Shown: piece by piece, positions 41,721-52,250 of the stretch | Layout of the letters: each line of letters starts with the position of its first letter | Position numbering within the stretch: the first letter of the stretch is position 1 | Assembly (NCBI GenBank): GCA_964422035.1 | Contig: CAYQZQ010000001.1 | Coordinates: 377,013-441,012, forward strand | Length of the DNA stretch: 64,000 nt | DNA from: an uncultured Pseudomonadales bacterium | Lineage (GTDB): Bacteria > Patescibacteriota > Microgenomatia > UBA1400 > Chazhemtobacteraceae | Direction of reading: 5' to 3' | Translations under genes and position numbers: made by a program | Notes under the pieces: generated by a model | What the model was told of the DNA's origin: nothing | The model's database searches: none | What the model saw: only the letters and a program-made list of their open reading frames with translations

Positions 41721-42791
41721 TCACAGCTGACGTAGTTGCTGCTGAATAAACTTATCCAGATTTCCATCAAGAACTTCCTCGGGTTGGTTGGACTCAACTT
41801 GGGTACGATGATCTTTGACCATTTTATAAGGGTGAAGAACATATGAGCGAATCTGGTTGCCCCAGCCTGGAGTCTTGTGCTCTCCTTTGATTTGGCTGAT
41901 TTTTTGCTTTCTTTCTTGTTGTTTTTTCTCCCAGAGCTTTGATTTAAGGATCTGGCGAGCAACTTTGCGGTTTTTTTCCTGAGTTCTTTGACTCTGACTC
42001 TCGATGACAATGCCTGAAGGAATATGTTTTAGGCGAACTGCTGTGCTGACTTTGTTGACGTTTTGTCCACCCGGGCCTGATGAGCGAAAGAACTCCTCTT
42101 CGATATCTTTTTCGTCAAGCTCTACATCAGTGTCTTTTTTAATAACAGGGGTAACTTCAACATTAGCAAAGGAAGTCTGGCGGAGATTGTCAGCATTAAA
42201 AGGTGATTGGCGTACAAGACGATGGACTCCAGCTTCGTGATTTAAGAAACCGTAAGCGTAGGGGCCTCTGATGACAATGGTGGCTGATTTAATACCAGCT
42301 TCTTCGCCCGGTGATTCATCTAGAAACTCCCATTTCCAGTCCTGATTATCAGCATATTTTTGATACATGCGAAGCAGCATTGCCGACCAGTCTTGGGCTT
42401 CGGTACCCCCCTGGCCAGCATGGACAGAAAGCAAGGCTTCATTTTGATCGTATTCGCCAGAGAGATAGGTGCGAGTTTCTAGCTTATCTAGCCGACTGAC
42501 AACTTGACGATGAAGTTTTTTTACATCTTTACCTGGTTTGTCAGCTGACATTTCTACTAACTCAGACAAATCAGAGATGTCATCTGTTAGATTATCAATT
42601 TTTTCAATAGTATCCTGAGTGTGAGAAAGATCTTGCATGACTTTTCTGGCATGCTCTTCGTCATCCCAAAGATTAGACTGGGATGATTGCTTTTGGAGAT
42701 CTTTGAGGTCTTTTTGCAGCTGTTGATAATCAAGGTTTTCTTTAAGTTGAGAGACCTTCTTTTGGAGTTTTTCAATATCAATGTTACCCAC
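41721..42791 (-). CDS. prfB: peptide chain release factor 2 (no programmed frameshift)
   Basis: GGTEAQDW, SPF, GPGGQNVNK, WGNQIRSY; GTG start 7 nt after TATAAT. Confidence 0.95.
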   Translation of the reverse strand: MGNIDIEKLQKKVSQLKENLDYQQLQKDLKDLQKQSSQSNLWDDEEHARKVMQDLSHTQDTIEKIDNLTDDISDLSELVEMSADKPGKDVKKLHRQVVSRLDKLETRTYLSGEYDQNEALLSVHAGQGGTEAQDWSAMLLRMYQKYADNQDWKWEFLDESPGEEAGIKSATIVIRGPYAYGFLNHEAGVHRLVRQSPFNADNLRQTSFANVEVTPVIKKDTDVELDEKDIEEEFFRSSGPGGQNVNKVSTAVRLKHIPSGIVIESQSQRTQEKNRKVARQILKSKLWEKKQQERKQKISQIKGEHKTPGWGNQIRSYVLHPYKMVKDHRTQVESNQPEEVLDGNLDKFIQQQLRQL

Positions 42792-42845
42792 AGGTAAGAT
42801 TATAGACGATTGGACATATTTTAGAAGCAGAATTACAATTGATTT

Positions 42846-43904
42846 ATGACTGATAATAAAGAGAGAAAAGTGCAAAACATTATTTCAAGAAAAGCACTGG
42901 AAAAGTCTGACCTTAAGGAAAGAGTTGACCAGATAGTTAAGGAAGTGGTGCAGAAGACTGAGTTTGAACCTAACAGATTACTATCTGAAAGCGGCTGGTG
43001 GGGATCTGAACAGATTGGCGCTTTTCATTTTAAAGGTGAGTGGCAGGAAAGATCGGTTGTTCTTAAGGTGCAGGGCAACAAACCAGAAACCAGCGAGATT
43101 TACATGATCGAGTCTTTTGATAAAAATAACAAAAGTGACTGGATCAGGCCGCCCAGGATCTATGAGAGTATGCCCTGGAATGACAAAAGAGGGTACGAAG
43201 CTTTGATACTTGAGGATGCAGGGACTGAGAAAGTAGTTAACTTGCCAACTAATAAAAAAGAAATTGATGAATTTTTTACTATATATAAGGAGTACAAAGA
43301 AAAATGCTGTGATCAGAGATGGATAGAGAAACCAGATAGCAGTGTTTCTGAGGAGATTGAAGATAAATTTGACAAGTGGAGAGAGATCAGTAAAAAAATG
43401 TACGGACAACACCCCTACAGAAAAGAGGGCGACGAAGAACTAATTGACAAATCTATCAAGATTTTAAAAGAAGGATATGAGGGAGCCAGCTGGGAGTTTC
43501 AGCACAGACACTTGTCAGACGGGGATTTATATAAAAAGGATGGTCAGATTATTGTTTTATCCAATCTCTACTGGTCACACCGACCAGCAAACTATGACGC
43601 TATCTTTGCTTATCACTGGTATATGTATCATTTGTCTGATCTTAATAATATTTCAGAGCAGCAGATCGAGGAGCAAAGACAGTTGTGGATGAAAGGGATT
43701 AAAAAAACGATAAGACCTGAAAACAAAAGTGAAGAAAAATTGCTTGACTTGGCTTTATTGGAGAGAGCAACAGCGGGATTAGTTTTGGATGCTCTCAGTT
43801 TGGATACTGAAGATAAACATGCACAATATCTGGTTGAAAGAACCAGAGATGAAGTGAAAAGACTTTGCAAAAATTTAGACAAAAAAAGAACCCTCTCAGG
43901 ATAG
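42846..43904 (+). CDS. APH/choline-kinase-like fold protein with degenerate catalytic motifs
   Basis: VVLKVQ, PRIY, LILED, FQHRHLSDGD. Confidence 0.5.
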   Translation: MTDNKERKVQNIISRKALEKSDLKERVDQIVKEVVQKTEFEPNRLLSESGWWGSEQIGAFHFKGEWQERSVVLKVQGNKPETSEIYMIESFDKNNKSDWIRPPRIYESMPWNDKRGYEALILEDAGTEKVVNLPTNKKEIDEFFTIYKEYKEKCCDQRWIEKPDSSVSEEIEDKFDKWREISKKMYGQHPYRKEGDEELIDKSIKILKEGYEGASWEFQHRHLSDGDLYKKDGQIIVLSNLYWSHRPANYDAIFAYHWYMYHLSDLNNISEQQIEEQRQLWMKGIKKTIRPENKSEEKLLDLALLERATAGLVLDALSLDTEDKHAQYLVERTRDEVKRLCKNLDKKRTLSG

Positions 43905-43931
43905 ATATGGTCGAAGTGACCTGAGAGGGTT
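43881..43931 (-). terminator. intrinsic terminator-like inverted repeat between convergent genes
   Basis: AACCCTCTCAGG-N19-CCTGAGAGGGTT with a T7 tract on the - strand. Confidence 0.6.
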
Positions 43932-43952
43932 TAGTGCAGACTGCAAGAACTT

Positions 43953-44285
43953 TTAGGTGATGAGCTCAATACTGGCTCGTTGGGCGAATACTCTGTCATC
44001 GATCAGAACGTGAATGTAGATGGTGAGGTAAGAGTAAATCAGCTTAAACATCTCAAGAGTGACTCGAGAGTTGCCGGTTTCTTGGTAGTAAGCAAAGACA
44101 AAATCGACGGCTTTTTCCAAAAGCATGGCGATTAAACCGGACTCATCAAGCTCTTTCCCACCTTCTTGGGCAATCATCTGGTACAACTTGTCCAGCTTGA
44201 GAAGACCTGTGTAGTTGGGGACTTCGATGTTTCTTAAGCGTGAGAGGATTGTTTCTTGATCAGGGAGTGTGATAGTTGTCTTCAT
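43953..44285 (-). CDS. hypothetical protein
   Basis: ORF from MKTTITLP, overlapping the end of the upstream gene. Confidence 0.6.
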   Translation of the reverse strand: MKTTITLPDQETILSRLRNIEVPNYTGLLKLDKLYQMIAQEGGKELDESGLIAMLLEKAVDFVFAYYQETGNSRVTLEMFKLIYSYLTIYIHVLIDDRVFAQRASIELIT

Positions 44286-44904
44286 GAGTTTTTTCTTCCA
44301 GTCCAAAGATAGGAAATTGAGCGGCTTCCTTTTCTTTTTTGTAGGCAACTTGGGGGTCTTGTTCAAATTGATGATCGTGATGAATCAGAAGATCAACGAT
44401 CTTTTGAGGAAGAGGAAAGTGCCAAGCTGCACGAATAAGATCATCGTGGTAAGTGGCACCACAACCGTGACAGAAGTCAAGGTTAAGACCACCAGCACAG
44501 CGGCTGCAGTTGTAGATGATCCGGGTGGGTTGGACCATACCGGTGTGAATGAGTGAAAACTTAAGAGCCTGGGGATAGACAGTTTCACCGCTGAGATCAT
44601 CAATAAGCAAGCCAGTGATTTCCTGATTGATCAATTCGCTGATAGAATGATCAAAATGTTTGCTATCAAACAAAGTAACATGTATCTTCTTTAGAAAAGC
44701 ATGTACTCTGTAAAGGGTTTTGGGGTGTTTGTTTTCATCAAGATCCTTGGGATCCTGGATGAAGAACTGTACCCAGTCTACCGTTAAACTTGGATCAGCA
44801 TATTCAATCATTTCATCGTGATTAAGGTCAGACATTAGAGCCTCCTTAAGAGGTATGGGTAAGTAGGTTAGATGAGTTAGTTCTTGCAATGTCAAAGTGC
44901 GCAA
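44260..44904 (-). CDS. hypothetical protein with a Zn ribbon
   Basis: CSRC...CHGC. Confidence 0.65.
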   Translation of the reverse strand: MRTLTLQELTHLTYLPIPLKEALMSDLNHDEMIEYADPSLTVDWVQFFIQDPKDLDENKHPKTLYRVHAFLKKIHVTLFDSKHFDHSISELINQEITGLLIDDLSGETVYPQALKFSLIHTGMVQPTRIIYNCSRCAGGLNLDFCHGCGATYHDDLIRAAWHFPLPQKIVDLLIHHDHQFEQDPQVAYKKEKEAAQFPIFGLEEKTHEDNYHTP

Positions 44905-44993
44905 AAAGCAAGTTATTACAACTTACTTTGAGAGTAATAATATACCAAATTGATATCAGTTTTACAAATTATAGGGTTTTTGGGAAAAAAGGA

Positions 44994-45707
44994 TTACTGG
45001 ACGGCCACAGCGTTTAAGACGTTGATTTGAGAGGTTTTTTGGTTAAGTAAAAATTCAATCTCTTCTTCTCTTACAGCTAAATCATGTTTTTGGGCTATAG
45101 ATAGGGCTTTTTTAAGGGTTTTTTTAGCCGTTTTATGCTCTCCTTGAGTGGACTGGAGTGAGGCTTTAACCATAAGGGCAAATGTGTGCCAAATAGGATG
45201 ACCATTATTTTCTTCGATTAACCTTAAGCCTTTTTCAAGATTAGCCTGGGCAGTTTGATACTGACCTAAGCCTAAGTAGGCAGCGGCTAGATGGGAAAAC
45301 TCATCGCCTTTGGCCCCCTCCTCCATCAGTTGGGCTGAGTTTTGTAGTTGAAGAGTGGCTTTTTGGAATTGGCCGGCATATAAAAGAGCATGGGCATAGT
45401 TACGGACGATGTCTGGGTCTGTAAGATCAAACCAGTTTTTGTCTTTAAGTTGTTGGTATATATCTAAAGACTTTTTACTAAATTTTCGAGCAGCATCGTT
45501 GCCTTCTTGTCGTAGACGACGACCAGCTATTAGCCGACATTGAATAGCGTATTGATTAGCCACTTCAACGGCAGTTTCTTGATCCGTTCCCTTTATAGCT
45601 TCCTGGAAAGCCTGCTTTAAGAGATTTTCGCCGGTTTGATAGTCGCCTTCTTCTCTGGCGACCACTCCTGTTTGCATGATTTCGATTTGTTCTTTTTGAT
45701 TGTTCAT
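44994..45707 (-). CDS. TPR-repeat protein
   Basis: Repeated helical G.Y..A...L..AL patterns. Confidence 0.75.
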   Translation of the reverse strand: MNNQKEQIEIMQTGVVAREEGDYQTGENLLKQAFQEAIKGTDQETAVEVANQYAIQCRLIAGRRLRQEGNDAARKFSKKSLDIYQQLKDKNWFDLTDPDIVRNYAHALLYAGQFQKATLQLQNSAQLMEEGAKGDEFSHLAAAYLGLGQYQTAQANLEKGLRLIEENNGHPIWHTFALMVKASLQSTQGEHKTAKKTLKKALSIAQKHDLAVREEEIEFLLNQKTSQINVLNAVAVQ

Positions 45708-45780
45708 TTTTAGATTAATTTTAAGCCAAGCTTAAATACTTTATTAGGAGTAATTATAACAAATAGTACGCTTGAAAGGT

Positions 45781-46227
45781 CTAATTTTCTTCTTCGAGCT
45801 GGTCGATTATCTGTTCACAAACTTGTCGGGTAACTTGGGCCGCTTGTTGGCGGGGCAGGCTTTTGACTTCATCAACTATCCGGTCAGTGGTTTGTTTGAT
45901 AAGGTCTTGACTGTCGCTGACCCCCTGGACATCGGAGGTGGCTTGATCAACGCTGTCTTCAACAGGATAATCTAAATCTTTTTGGTCATCGATGATGGGT
46001 TGTTTTTCTAAAAGTTTTTTACTGGCTTGATCGAGAAGAGCGTCGGCATCTATATTGAATGAATCGGCAAGACCTCTGACTTTAATACTGGTTTGTTGGG
46101 CTTGTTGACTGGCTTTTTCTTGAAGATCTTGGCGTTGTGTGGGAGTTAATTTTTGATATAGGAAATAACCACCAGAGACAATAACAGCCAGTATTAGGAG
46201 CCGAGTAAATGTTTTGGGAAGCTTCAT
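45781..46227 (-). CDS. membrane-anchored hypothetical protein
   Basis: N-terminal TM; Q-rich helical body ending VKSLP...QVC. Confidence 0.7.
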   Translation of the reverse strand: MKLPKTFTRLLILAVIVSGGYFLYQKLTPTQRQDLQEKASQQAQQTSIKVRGLADSFNIDADALLDQASKKLLEKQPIIDDQKDLDYPVEDSVDQATSDVQGVSDSQDLIKQTTDRIVDEVKSLPRQQAAQVTRQVCEQIIDQLEEEN

Positions 46228-46300
46228 GGTTAGTTGGTTTTAATATAACTGGGCTATAAGGATAGTGCAAGAGCCAGTTGAATATTATAAAATGATAGGC

Positions 46301-47323
46301 ATGGATAAAAACAATAAAGATATAAAAAAAGGTAAAAAGAGTGGTATTTGGAAATGGATTGCAGGTCTTGTAGTGATAATTGCTATTGGAGGTTTTGTCT
46401 GGAGGAAACTATCTGCAAACAATAAATACGAGACAGCTACAGTCAAAAAAGGCAAAGTAGTCGAAGAGTTAATTTTAACTGGAGAGGTAAAAGCAAAAAG
46501 ACAAGCCAATTTGAGATTCCTGTCAGGAGGAGAGCTTAACTGGGTAGGTGTAGACAAAGGAGAAAGTGTAGTTAAAGGACAACTTCTGGCGAGACTTGAC
46601 CCCAACAAGGCGTATCAAGCATATGAGCAAGCAGTGGCAGATTTGAGAAATGCAGAAGCCACACTGGAGCGAGTGTATGATGAGGTGGAAGGCAATGATG
46701 ATGATGAAACTTTCGAGCAGAAAGAGGAAAGAACTACTGCAGAGGTGGCCAGAGATAAGGCATATAGAGCTTTGCAGATTGCAAGAGAAAACTTAAGTAA
46801 CACCCAGATTAGAGCCCCGTTTGACGGAGTGGTAAGCAAACTAACACACCAGTACTCCCAGATTAACGTGATGAGCACTGAAGGACAAATTGAGGTAGTT
46901 GACCCTGAAAGCTTGTATTTTGAGGTATCGGCTGATCAAACCGAAGTGGGCAAGATCAAAAAGGGTCAGAAAGTAACTGTGGTTCTTGATGCATTAAGCG
47001 ATAAACAAGTGACAGGAAATGTAGAGTATGTAGACATAACCCCCAAAGAAGGAGAAGCAGGAACAATCTATGGTGTGGAGATTACCTTAAATGACAAACC
47101 AGAAAATCTTTTAGTGGGAATGAGCGGAGATGCTGAGTTTCTTGTTAAAGAAAGCGAAGAAGCTTTATACGTTCCATTTGAGTTTTTAAGCACTGACGAG
47201 GATGGTGATTATTTGTTAGTAGATGATCCGGAAAACAAGGTATATATAGACAAAGGAGCGGAAGGAGATGAAAGAATCGAAGTTTCTGGAGAGATTAAGG
47301 AAGGCATGACGATCTATGATTAA
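46301..47323 (+). CDS. MacA-like membrane fusion (adaptor) protein
   Basis: V.KG..V.KGQLLA and IRAPFDGVV lipoyl halves. Confidence 0.9.
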   Translation: MDKNNKDIKKGKKSGIWKWIAGLVVIIAIGGFVWRKLSANNKYETATVKKGKVVEELILTGEVKAKRQANLRFLSGGELNWVGVDKGESVVKGQLLARLDPNKAYQAYEQAVADLRNAEATLERVYDEVEGNDDDETFEQKEERTTAEVARDKAYRALQIARENLSNTQIRAPFDGVVSKLTHQYSQINVMSTEGQIEVVDPESLYFEVSADQTEVGKIKKGQKVTVVLDALSDKQVTGNVEYVDITPKEGEAGTIYGVEITLNDKPENLLVGMSGDAEFLVKESEEALYVPFEFLSTDEDGDYLLVDDPENKVYIDKGAEGDERIEVSGEIKEGMTIYD

Positions 47324-47987
47324 AACAGTCGATTTATCGAAAAGTTATTATCTGGGAGAAGAAGAGGTCAAAGCCGTTGACAATATAAACATTGAGATTA
47401 AAGAAGGTGAGTATGTAAGTATCTTGGGGCCATCAGGGTGCGGCAAGTCAACTTTAATGTATTTATTGGGCCTTTTGGAAACCCCCAGTGAGGGGAAGGT
47501 CTATCTGGATGGAAAAGACGTATCTAACTTAGATGACAGACAGTTATCTTTGATTAGAAACCAGTCGGTGGGATTTGTATTTCAGACTTTTAATTTGATT
47601 AATAAATTTACGGTTTGGGAAAATGTACTTTTACCAACTCGCTACTACAAAGGAGAAGACTTGGAATTTAATCCAGAAAAAAGGGCCGAGGATTTACTTA
47701 AGAAAATGGGTATCTGGGAAAGAAGGAATTTTGTCCCAAACAAGATATCCGGAGGACAACAACAGAGAGCAGCTATTGCTAGATCTTTGATCATGAAACC
47801 AAGAATTGTTTTGGCGGATGAGCCGACTGGTAATCTGGATAGTGAAACGGGGGAAGAGATCATGGACTTGATTGAAAAGATGAATAAGGAAACGGGAGTG
47901 ACGGTGGTGATAGTAACACACGAGAAGCCAGTGGCTGATAAAACTGAGCGGGAGATTTTTATGATTGACGGGAGGGTAACCAAATGA
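47316..47987 (+). CDS. MacB/LolD-type ABC ATPase
   Basis: [31 protein letters not shown]. Confidence 0.93.
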   Translation: MIKTVDLSKSYYLGEEEVKAVDNINIEIKEGEYVSILGPSGCGKSTLMYLLGLLETPSEGKVYLDGKDVSNLDDRQLSLIRNQSVGFVFQTFNLINKFTVWENVLLPTRYYKGEDLEFNPEKRAEDLLKKMGIWERRNFVPNKISGGQQQRAAIARSLIMKPRIVLADEPTGNLDSETGEEIMDLIEKMNKETGVTVVIVTHEKPVADKTEREIFMIDGRVTK

Positions 47988-49189
47988 TTGAAGGAAACGG
48001 AAACGTAGCAATGATTAAAGCTGCATTTGTGGACTTTAAGAGAAACAAGGTCAGGACATTGTTGACTTCTTTGGGGATTATGATCGGTGTTTTGTCAGTG
48101 GTGATGCTGATTGCTTTGGGACTGGGCCTTAAAAATTACATAGAACAACAGTTTGAAAGTTTGGGGGCAAATTTGGTGATGATAATGCCGGGAAGTGGTT
48201 TTAGTCCTGATCAGGGATTTGGGGCGGGATTGGTAGGAGGAGGAGCTGATTTTGATGAAAGGGATGTAGTTAAACTTTCCAGAATTGATGAAGTTGATTA
48301 TGTAGTGCCGGTGTTTTTTAAGACGATAGAGGTGGAAAGTGGTGGCAAACAGGAGTACGGATACCTGCAGGGTGTGAATGAGCAGTCTTTTAAGGTAATG
48401 AATCTTGAGGTACTTGAAGGCGAAGCATTTGGTAAATCAGAGGTACAAAGAAGAGCTAAGGTGGTGGTTTTGGGGAATACACTTTCTAAAGAACTATTTG
48501 ACAAAGCCGAGAATGGTTTGGGACGAAAAGTTGAGATACTGGGACAAAGACTAAGAGTGATTGGTGTTTTGAAGAAAAAAGGAGACCGAGAGATGGATAG
48601 CTCAGCAATTATGCCATATAGTACTACTTTTGGAAGTATTAATCCTGACAAAACATTTTGGTCTATTTACCTGGGTATAGAAGACGACGAGAAAGTAGAG
48701 CAAGCAAAAGAAAGAGCTGAGGAGGTCTTATTGGATAGATATGATGAAGAAGACTTTTCTGTAACTGAACAATCAGAGATACTATCAACAGTCAGCTCAA
48801 TATTCTCGATTATCAATAGTGTACTGATTGCCATTGGCTCGATTTCTCTGGTAGTGGGAGGAATCGGGATCATGAATATCATGTATGCGTCAGTGACTGA
48901 AAGAACAAAGGAGATTGGTATCAGACGGGCTATTGGCGCCACTAAAGAAGACGTCAGAAAGCAGTTTCTAATTGAGTCGGTAATTTTGTCTGTACTGGGA
49001 GGATTTCTGGGACTAATTTTGGCGGTATTGATTGTTGTTGGTCTCAGGTTCTTTTTCCCGGCTGCCATTAATATCTGGGCAGTAATAGCAGCTTTCGGTG
49101 TGTCCTCGGTAATTGGAATATTTTTTGGAGTTTTCCCGGCTAAAAGAGCAGCTAACCTGTCCCCTATCGAAGCTATCCGTTACGAGTAA
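47984..49189 (+). CDS. MacB-type ABC permease
   Basis: RTLLTSLGIMIG, GGIGIMNIM..SVTERTKEIG, PIEAIRYE. Confidence 0.93.
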   Translation: MIEGNGNVAMIKAAFVDFKRNKVRTLLTSLGIMIGVLSVVMLIALGLGLKNYIEQQFESLGANLVMIMPGSGFSPDQGFGAGLVGGGADFDERDVVKLSRIDEVDYVVPVFFKTIEVESGGKQEYGYLQGVNEQSFKVMNLEVLEGEAFGKSEVQRRAKVVVLGNTLSKELFDKAENGLGRKVEILGQRLRVIGVLKKKGDREMDSSAIMPYSTTFGSINPDKTFWSIYLGIEDDEKVEQAKERAEEVLLDRYDEEDFSVTEQSEILSTVSSIFSIINSVLIAIGSISLVVGGIGIMNIMYASVTERTKEIGIRRAIGATKEDVRKQFLIESVILSVLGGFLGLILAVLIVVGLRFFFPAAINIWAVIAAFGVSSVIGIFFGVFPAKRAANLSPIEAIRYE

Positions 49190-50018
49190 TTTTTTGAGCG
49201 ATTTTGATGTTTTTGGCGTCAGGACCGTTGCCGGCAAAACCTGGCACTTCCAAAATTAAGGGCAGGTCTTTTAAATCAGGGTGATTAATAAAGTAAGACA
49301 AACTCTTTTTTCCTATTTCCCCTTCCCCAATATTGGCGTGTTGATCAACAGCTGAACCAAGCTCTCCTTTGGAGTCGTTGATGTGCAAACAAACTAGTTT
49401 ATCCAACAAAAAGAGGTTTTTTAGTTTATCAATCAGATCGTCAACTACACTTTCTTGGCGCAGGTCCCAACCGGCAGCAAATAAGTGAGCCGTATCAAGG
49501 CAGACTTTTAGACGCGGATCGTCTACCTTTTCAACTAGAACAGATATCTCGTTTATAGAGCCGACTTTACCTTTTTGTCCGGCTGAGTTTTCGATAACAA
49601 AGGGGACTTTTTGTGTGTTTGATATTAAAAATTCAATTTGAGTGACTAGTTGATCCTGAACTGAATCAAAACCTCTACCTTGATGAGAGCCTATGTGGAC
49701 AATGACGCCCTCTGAGTTGATAGCATCACCATTTTTCATATCGATCAGTAAAGCCTGAGTAGACTTTTCAACCAGCTCTTGTTTGTCAGAAGCAAGATTA
49801 ACCAAATACAAGGTGTGGATGAAAACGGGGTGCAGATTTAGAGCATCGGCTTTTTGATTGAACTCTTCTATCTGATCGGGAGGGTAAAGATCTCGGGCCC
49901 AGACTCTAGGGCTACCGGCAAATATTTGCATGCAGTTACCATCAATCTCTTGGGAGTTTTTAATGGCATTTACAATACCACCAGCTACGGAGACATGCCC
50001 ACCGATTTTTCTGGTCAT
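49173..50018 (-). CDS. nfo: endonuclease IV
   Basis: IGGHVS, H..YLVNL, IEN.AG, CLDTAH, HIND, DQH. Confidence 0.93.
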   Translation of the reverse strand: MTRKIGGHVSVAGGIVNAIKNSQEIDGNCMQIFAGSPRVWARDLYPPDQIEEFNQKADALNLHPVFIHTLYLVNLASDKQELVEKSTQALLIDMKNGDAINSEGVIVHIGSHQGRGFDSVQDQLVTQIEFLISNTQKVPFVIENSAGQKGKVGSINEISVLVEKVDDPRLKVCLDTAHLFAAGWDLRQESVVDDLIDKLKNLFLLDKLVCLHINDSKGELGSAVDQHANIGEGEIGKKSLSYFINHPDLKDLPLILEVPGFAGNGPDAKNIKIAQKITRNG

Positions 50019-50776
50019 TGAACTATTATCTGAATTTGTTGGATGACTGCGTTTTCTATTGGCTTGTCGTTGGCTGCGGTTTCAACCTGACCGATTTTAT
50101 CAACCACTGCTTGCCCCTCAACTACTTCTCCGAAAATGGTGTGCTTGCCGTTTAACCAAGGAGTTTCTGCCAGGGTAATAAAGAACTGGGAACCGTTGGT
50201 GTTGGGGCCGGAGTTGGCCATAGCTAACAAGTATGGTTTGTCAAATTTTAGAGAGTCAACGATTTCATCTTCGAACTGATAGCCGGGGCCACCAGTGCCG
50301 GTGCCGAGCGGGTCTCCGCCTTGAATCATAAAATCACTTATTACTCTATGAAAGATGGTGTCATCGTATAAAGGAGTGTTTTTCTCCTCGCCGGTTTGGG
50401 GATCTATCCAAGTTTTTTGCCCGGTAGCTAGACCGGCAAAGTTAGCTACTGTTTTGGGAGTCTTGTCTGTAAAGAGATTGACTTTAATGTCTCCCAGAGA
50501 AGTTTTGATGATTGCACCTTGAGGTACGACGGGCTGTTGAGGTTGATCTTCAGGTAGCTCTGCCTGAGGAGTACCAGTTGGTTGTTTGTTTGTATTCATG
50601 GGATTATTATTGGTGGTTTTTCGTTGAGATTCAAGGGCAGCTTCTCCAGCTGGAGGCAGAGTGGGGCTGATTTCTCCAAAAGGATCGGGAATTTGAGGTT
50701 TAGGTTGAGGGCTGAGATTACCAGTACAACTGGATAAGAATAAGACTGATAAAAATAGCAATATAAATTTGCGCAT
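50015..50776 (-). CDS. cyclophilin-type PPIase lipoprotein
   Basis: Lipobox LSSC; FHRVISDFMIQGGDP, MANSGPNTNGSQFFIT. Confidence 0.95.
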   Translation of the reverse strand: MRKFILLFLSVLFLSSCTGNLSPQPKPQIPDPFGEISPTLPPAGEAALESQRKTTNNNPMNTNKQPTGTPQAELPEDQPQQPVVPQGAIIKTSLGDIKVNLFTDKTPKTVANFAGLATGQKTWIDPQTGEEKNTPLYDDTIFHRVISDFMIQGGDPLGTGTGGPGYQFEDEIVDSLKFDKPYLLAMANSGPNTNGSQFFITLAETPWLNGKHTIFGEVVEGQAVVDKIGQVETAANDKPIENAVIQQIQIIVQ

Positions 50777-50845
50777 GAGTGATATTTTATCATCAGTTTT
50801 TTATTTAACACTACATCTACTAATAAGGAGTGATAGAATTACTGC

Positions 50846-51463
50846 ATGGCTAGCCAGATAACCCACATCCCTTACGGCAGGAAAATAAAAGATTTATTTT
50901 TATATGACAGAAAAATAAATGAGAGAAAGTTTTATATTGGCACTGTTTTCCCAGACATCAGATATCTGGGGAGCATAGATCGAAAAGAAACACACTGGGA
51001 AAATCTTCAGATTGAAGAGCTAGATAAAATTGAAAATGATTTTAAGTTGGGAATGTATGTTCATTCTCTGGTAGATATAGAAAGAAACAAAGTGTTGAGA
51101 AGATTGAATATGAAAGAACTTGTGCCTCAAAAACCAATGGTTACATCGGTACTTAAGATACTAGAAGACATAGTGGTCTATCCCTTGGTTGATGATTGGG
51201 GTGAAATAATTTCATATTTTGATCAGGTTATAGCCGAAGAATTAAGATACGTGAACAAAGAAAAAGTAATTAATTGGCATCAGAAACTGAAAGAATATTT
51301 TTCCCAACCACCTTCATTAAAGTCAATCTCGGATTTTCTTGATAATTTAATATTAACCGAGCGACAAAAAGAGAGAGCTGCAGAATTATTCAAGGAGATG
51401 GAAAAGGATGATGAAATCAAAAGACTTTTAGGTCAGGTATATAAAGAGCTGTTTAAAGTCTAG
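50846..51463 (+). CDS. hypothetical protein, Zn-dependent phospholipase C-like motifs
   Basis: ITH, G..FPD, TH, G..VHSLVD. Confidence 0.55.
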   Translation: MASQITHIPYGRKIKDLFLYDRKINERKFYIGTVFPDIRYLGSIDRKETHWENLQIEELDKIENDFKLGMYVHSLVDIERNKVLRRLNMKELVPQKPMVTSVLKILEDIVVYPLVDDWGEIISYFDQVIAEELRYVNKEKVINWHQKLKEYFSQPPSLKSISDFLDNLILTERQKERAAELFKEMEKDDEIKRLLGQVYKELFKV

Positions 51464-51558
51464 TTGGGAAGTTGAGAAGTCGATTTTTTCAATAAAAGGT
51501 AATCACACGTAGGGCAACTGGGGATGAGTTTATGTTGGTCTATGATAACATTGAGATT

Positions 51559-51924
51559 ATGATAGCCACAGTAATAGTAGGAGTAATGATTTCCTTGATG
51601 TTTTTGGTCAGTTTTAGTGAGTGGTTTTACCATGTAGCAGCGGGGATTGATGAAGTTTTAGTCAAGGACATTTATATGTATTACCGAATATTTTTGTGGG
51701 TAGGAGTATCAATTTTATTTATGGTAATTGTTTTTTGGATAATAGCAATAGTTCATGAGTGCCCAACAATGAGTGAAAGACAGGGTGTTTTTAGATATCT
51801 TAACTGCAACGCATACTGGCAGGTAAGAGGTAAGGTAGAGGGAACAAGCCCAGAGGTAATCCAACAACAGATATTAAAAGACCAGTACGAACAAAGAGAA
51901 GTGGAGTTGAAGAAGTGGCTTTAG
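51559..51924 (+). CDS. hypothetical 2-TM membrane protein
   Basis: Hydrophobic ORF; start placed 7 nt after TAACAT. Confidence 0.55.
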   Translation: MIATVIVGVMISLMFLVSFSEWFYHVAAGIDEVLVKDIYMYYRIFLWVGVSILFMVIVFWIIAIVHECPTMSERQGVFRYLNCNAYWQVRGKVEGTSPEVIQQQILKDQYEQREVELKKWL

Positions 51925-52250
51925 TCTTTTAAGTTGGAGATAAAAGTTTTAACTAGATTGACTGATTTGACTAAGAGTTTTCTTACTATACGAGAGACAA
52001 GCGGCTCTTTGGTTTGGTCTTGTATAGCTTGATTGCTCCAGACTGTAAGGATGATCCATTGCTTGTCCTTTAAAACAGCTACAATAGTTACTTTTTTGTC
52101 AGAAAAGGACTTGTGAAACTTGAACTTATTGGAGGAGATCTTTTCACTCTTGGAGGGATGACGGATAGCACTGAAGGCCTGGTTTTTAGTAATACCTCTT
52201 TGAAGGAGTCTCTCTTCTAGATGATTTGTCCAGACGATGTCTGCAGCCAT
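51921..52250 (-). CDS. DUF4258-like (RelE-like fold) protein
   Basis: WTNHLEERLLQRGI...ILTVW. Confidence 0.7.
   Translation of the reverse strand: MAADIVWTNHLEERLLQRGITKNQAFSAIRHPSKSEKISSNKFKFHKSFSDKKVTIVAVLKDKQWIILTVWSNQAIQDQTKEPLVSRIVRKLLVKSVNLVKTFISNLKD

Noticed and set aside
42730-42745. prfB programmed +1 frameshift
   Set aside because: The site reads CTT GAT in frame, with no CTT TGA and no internal SD.
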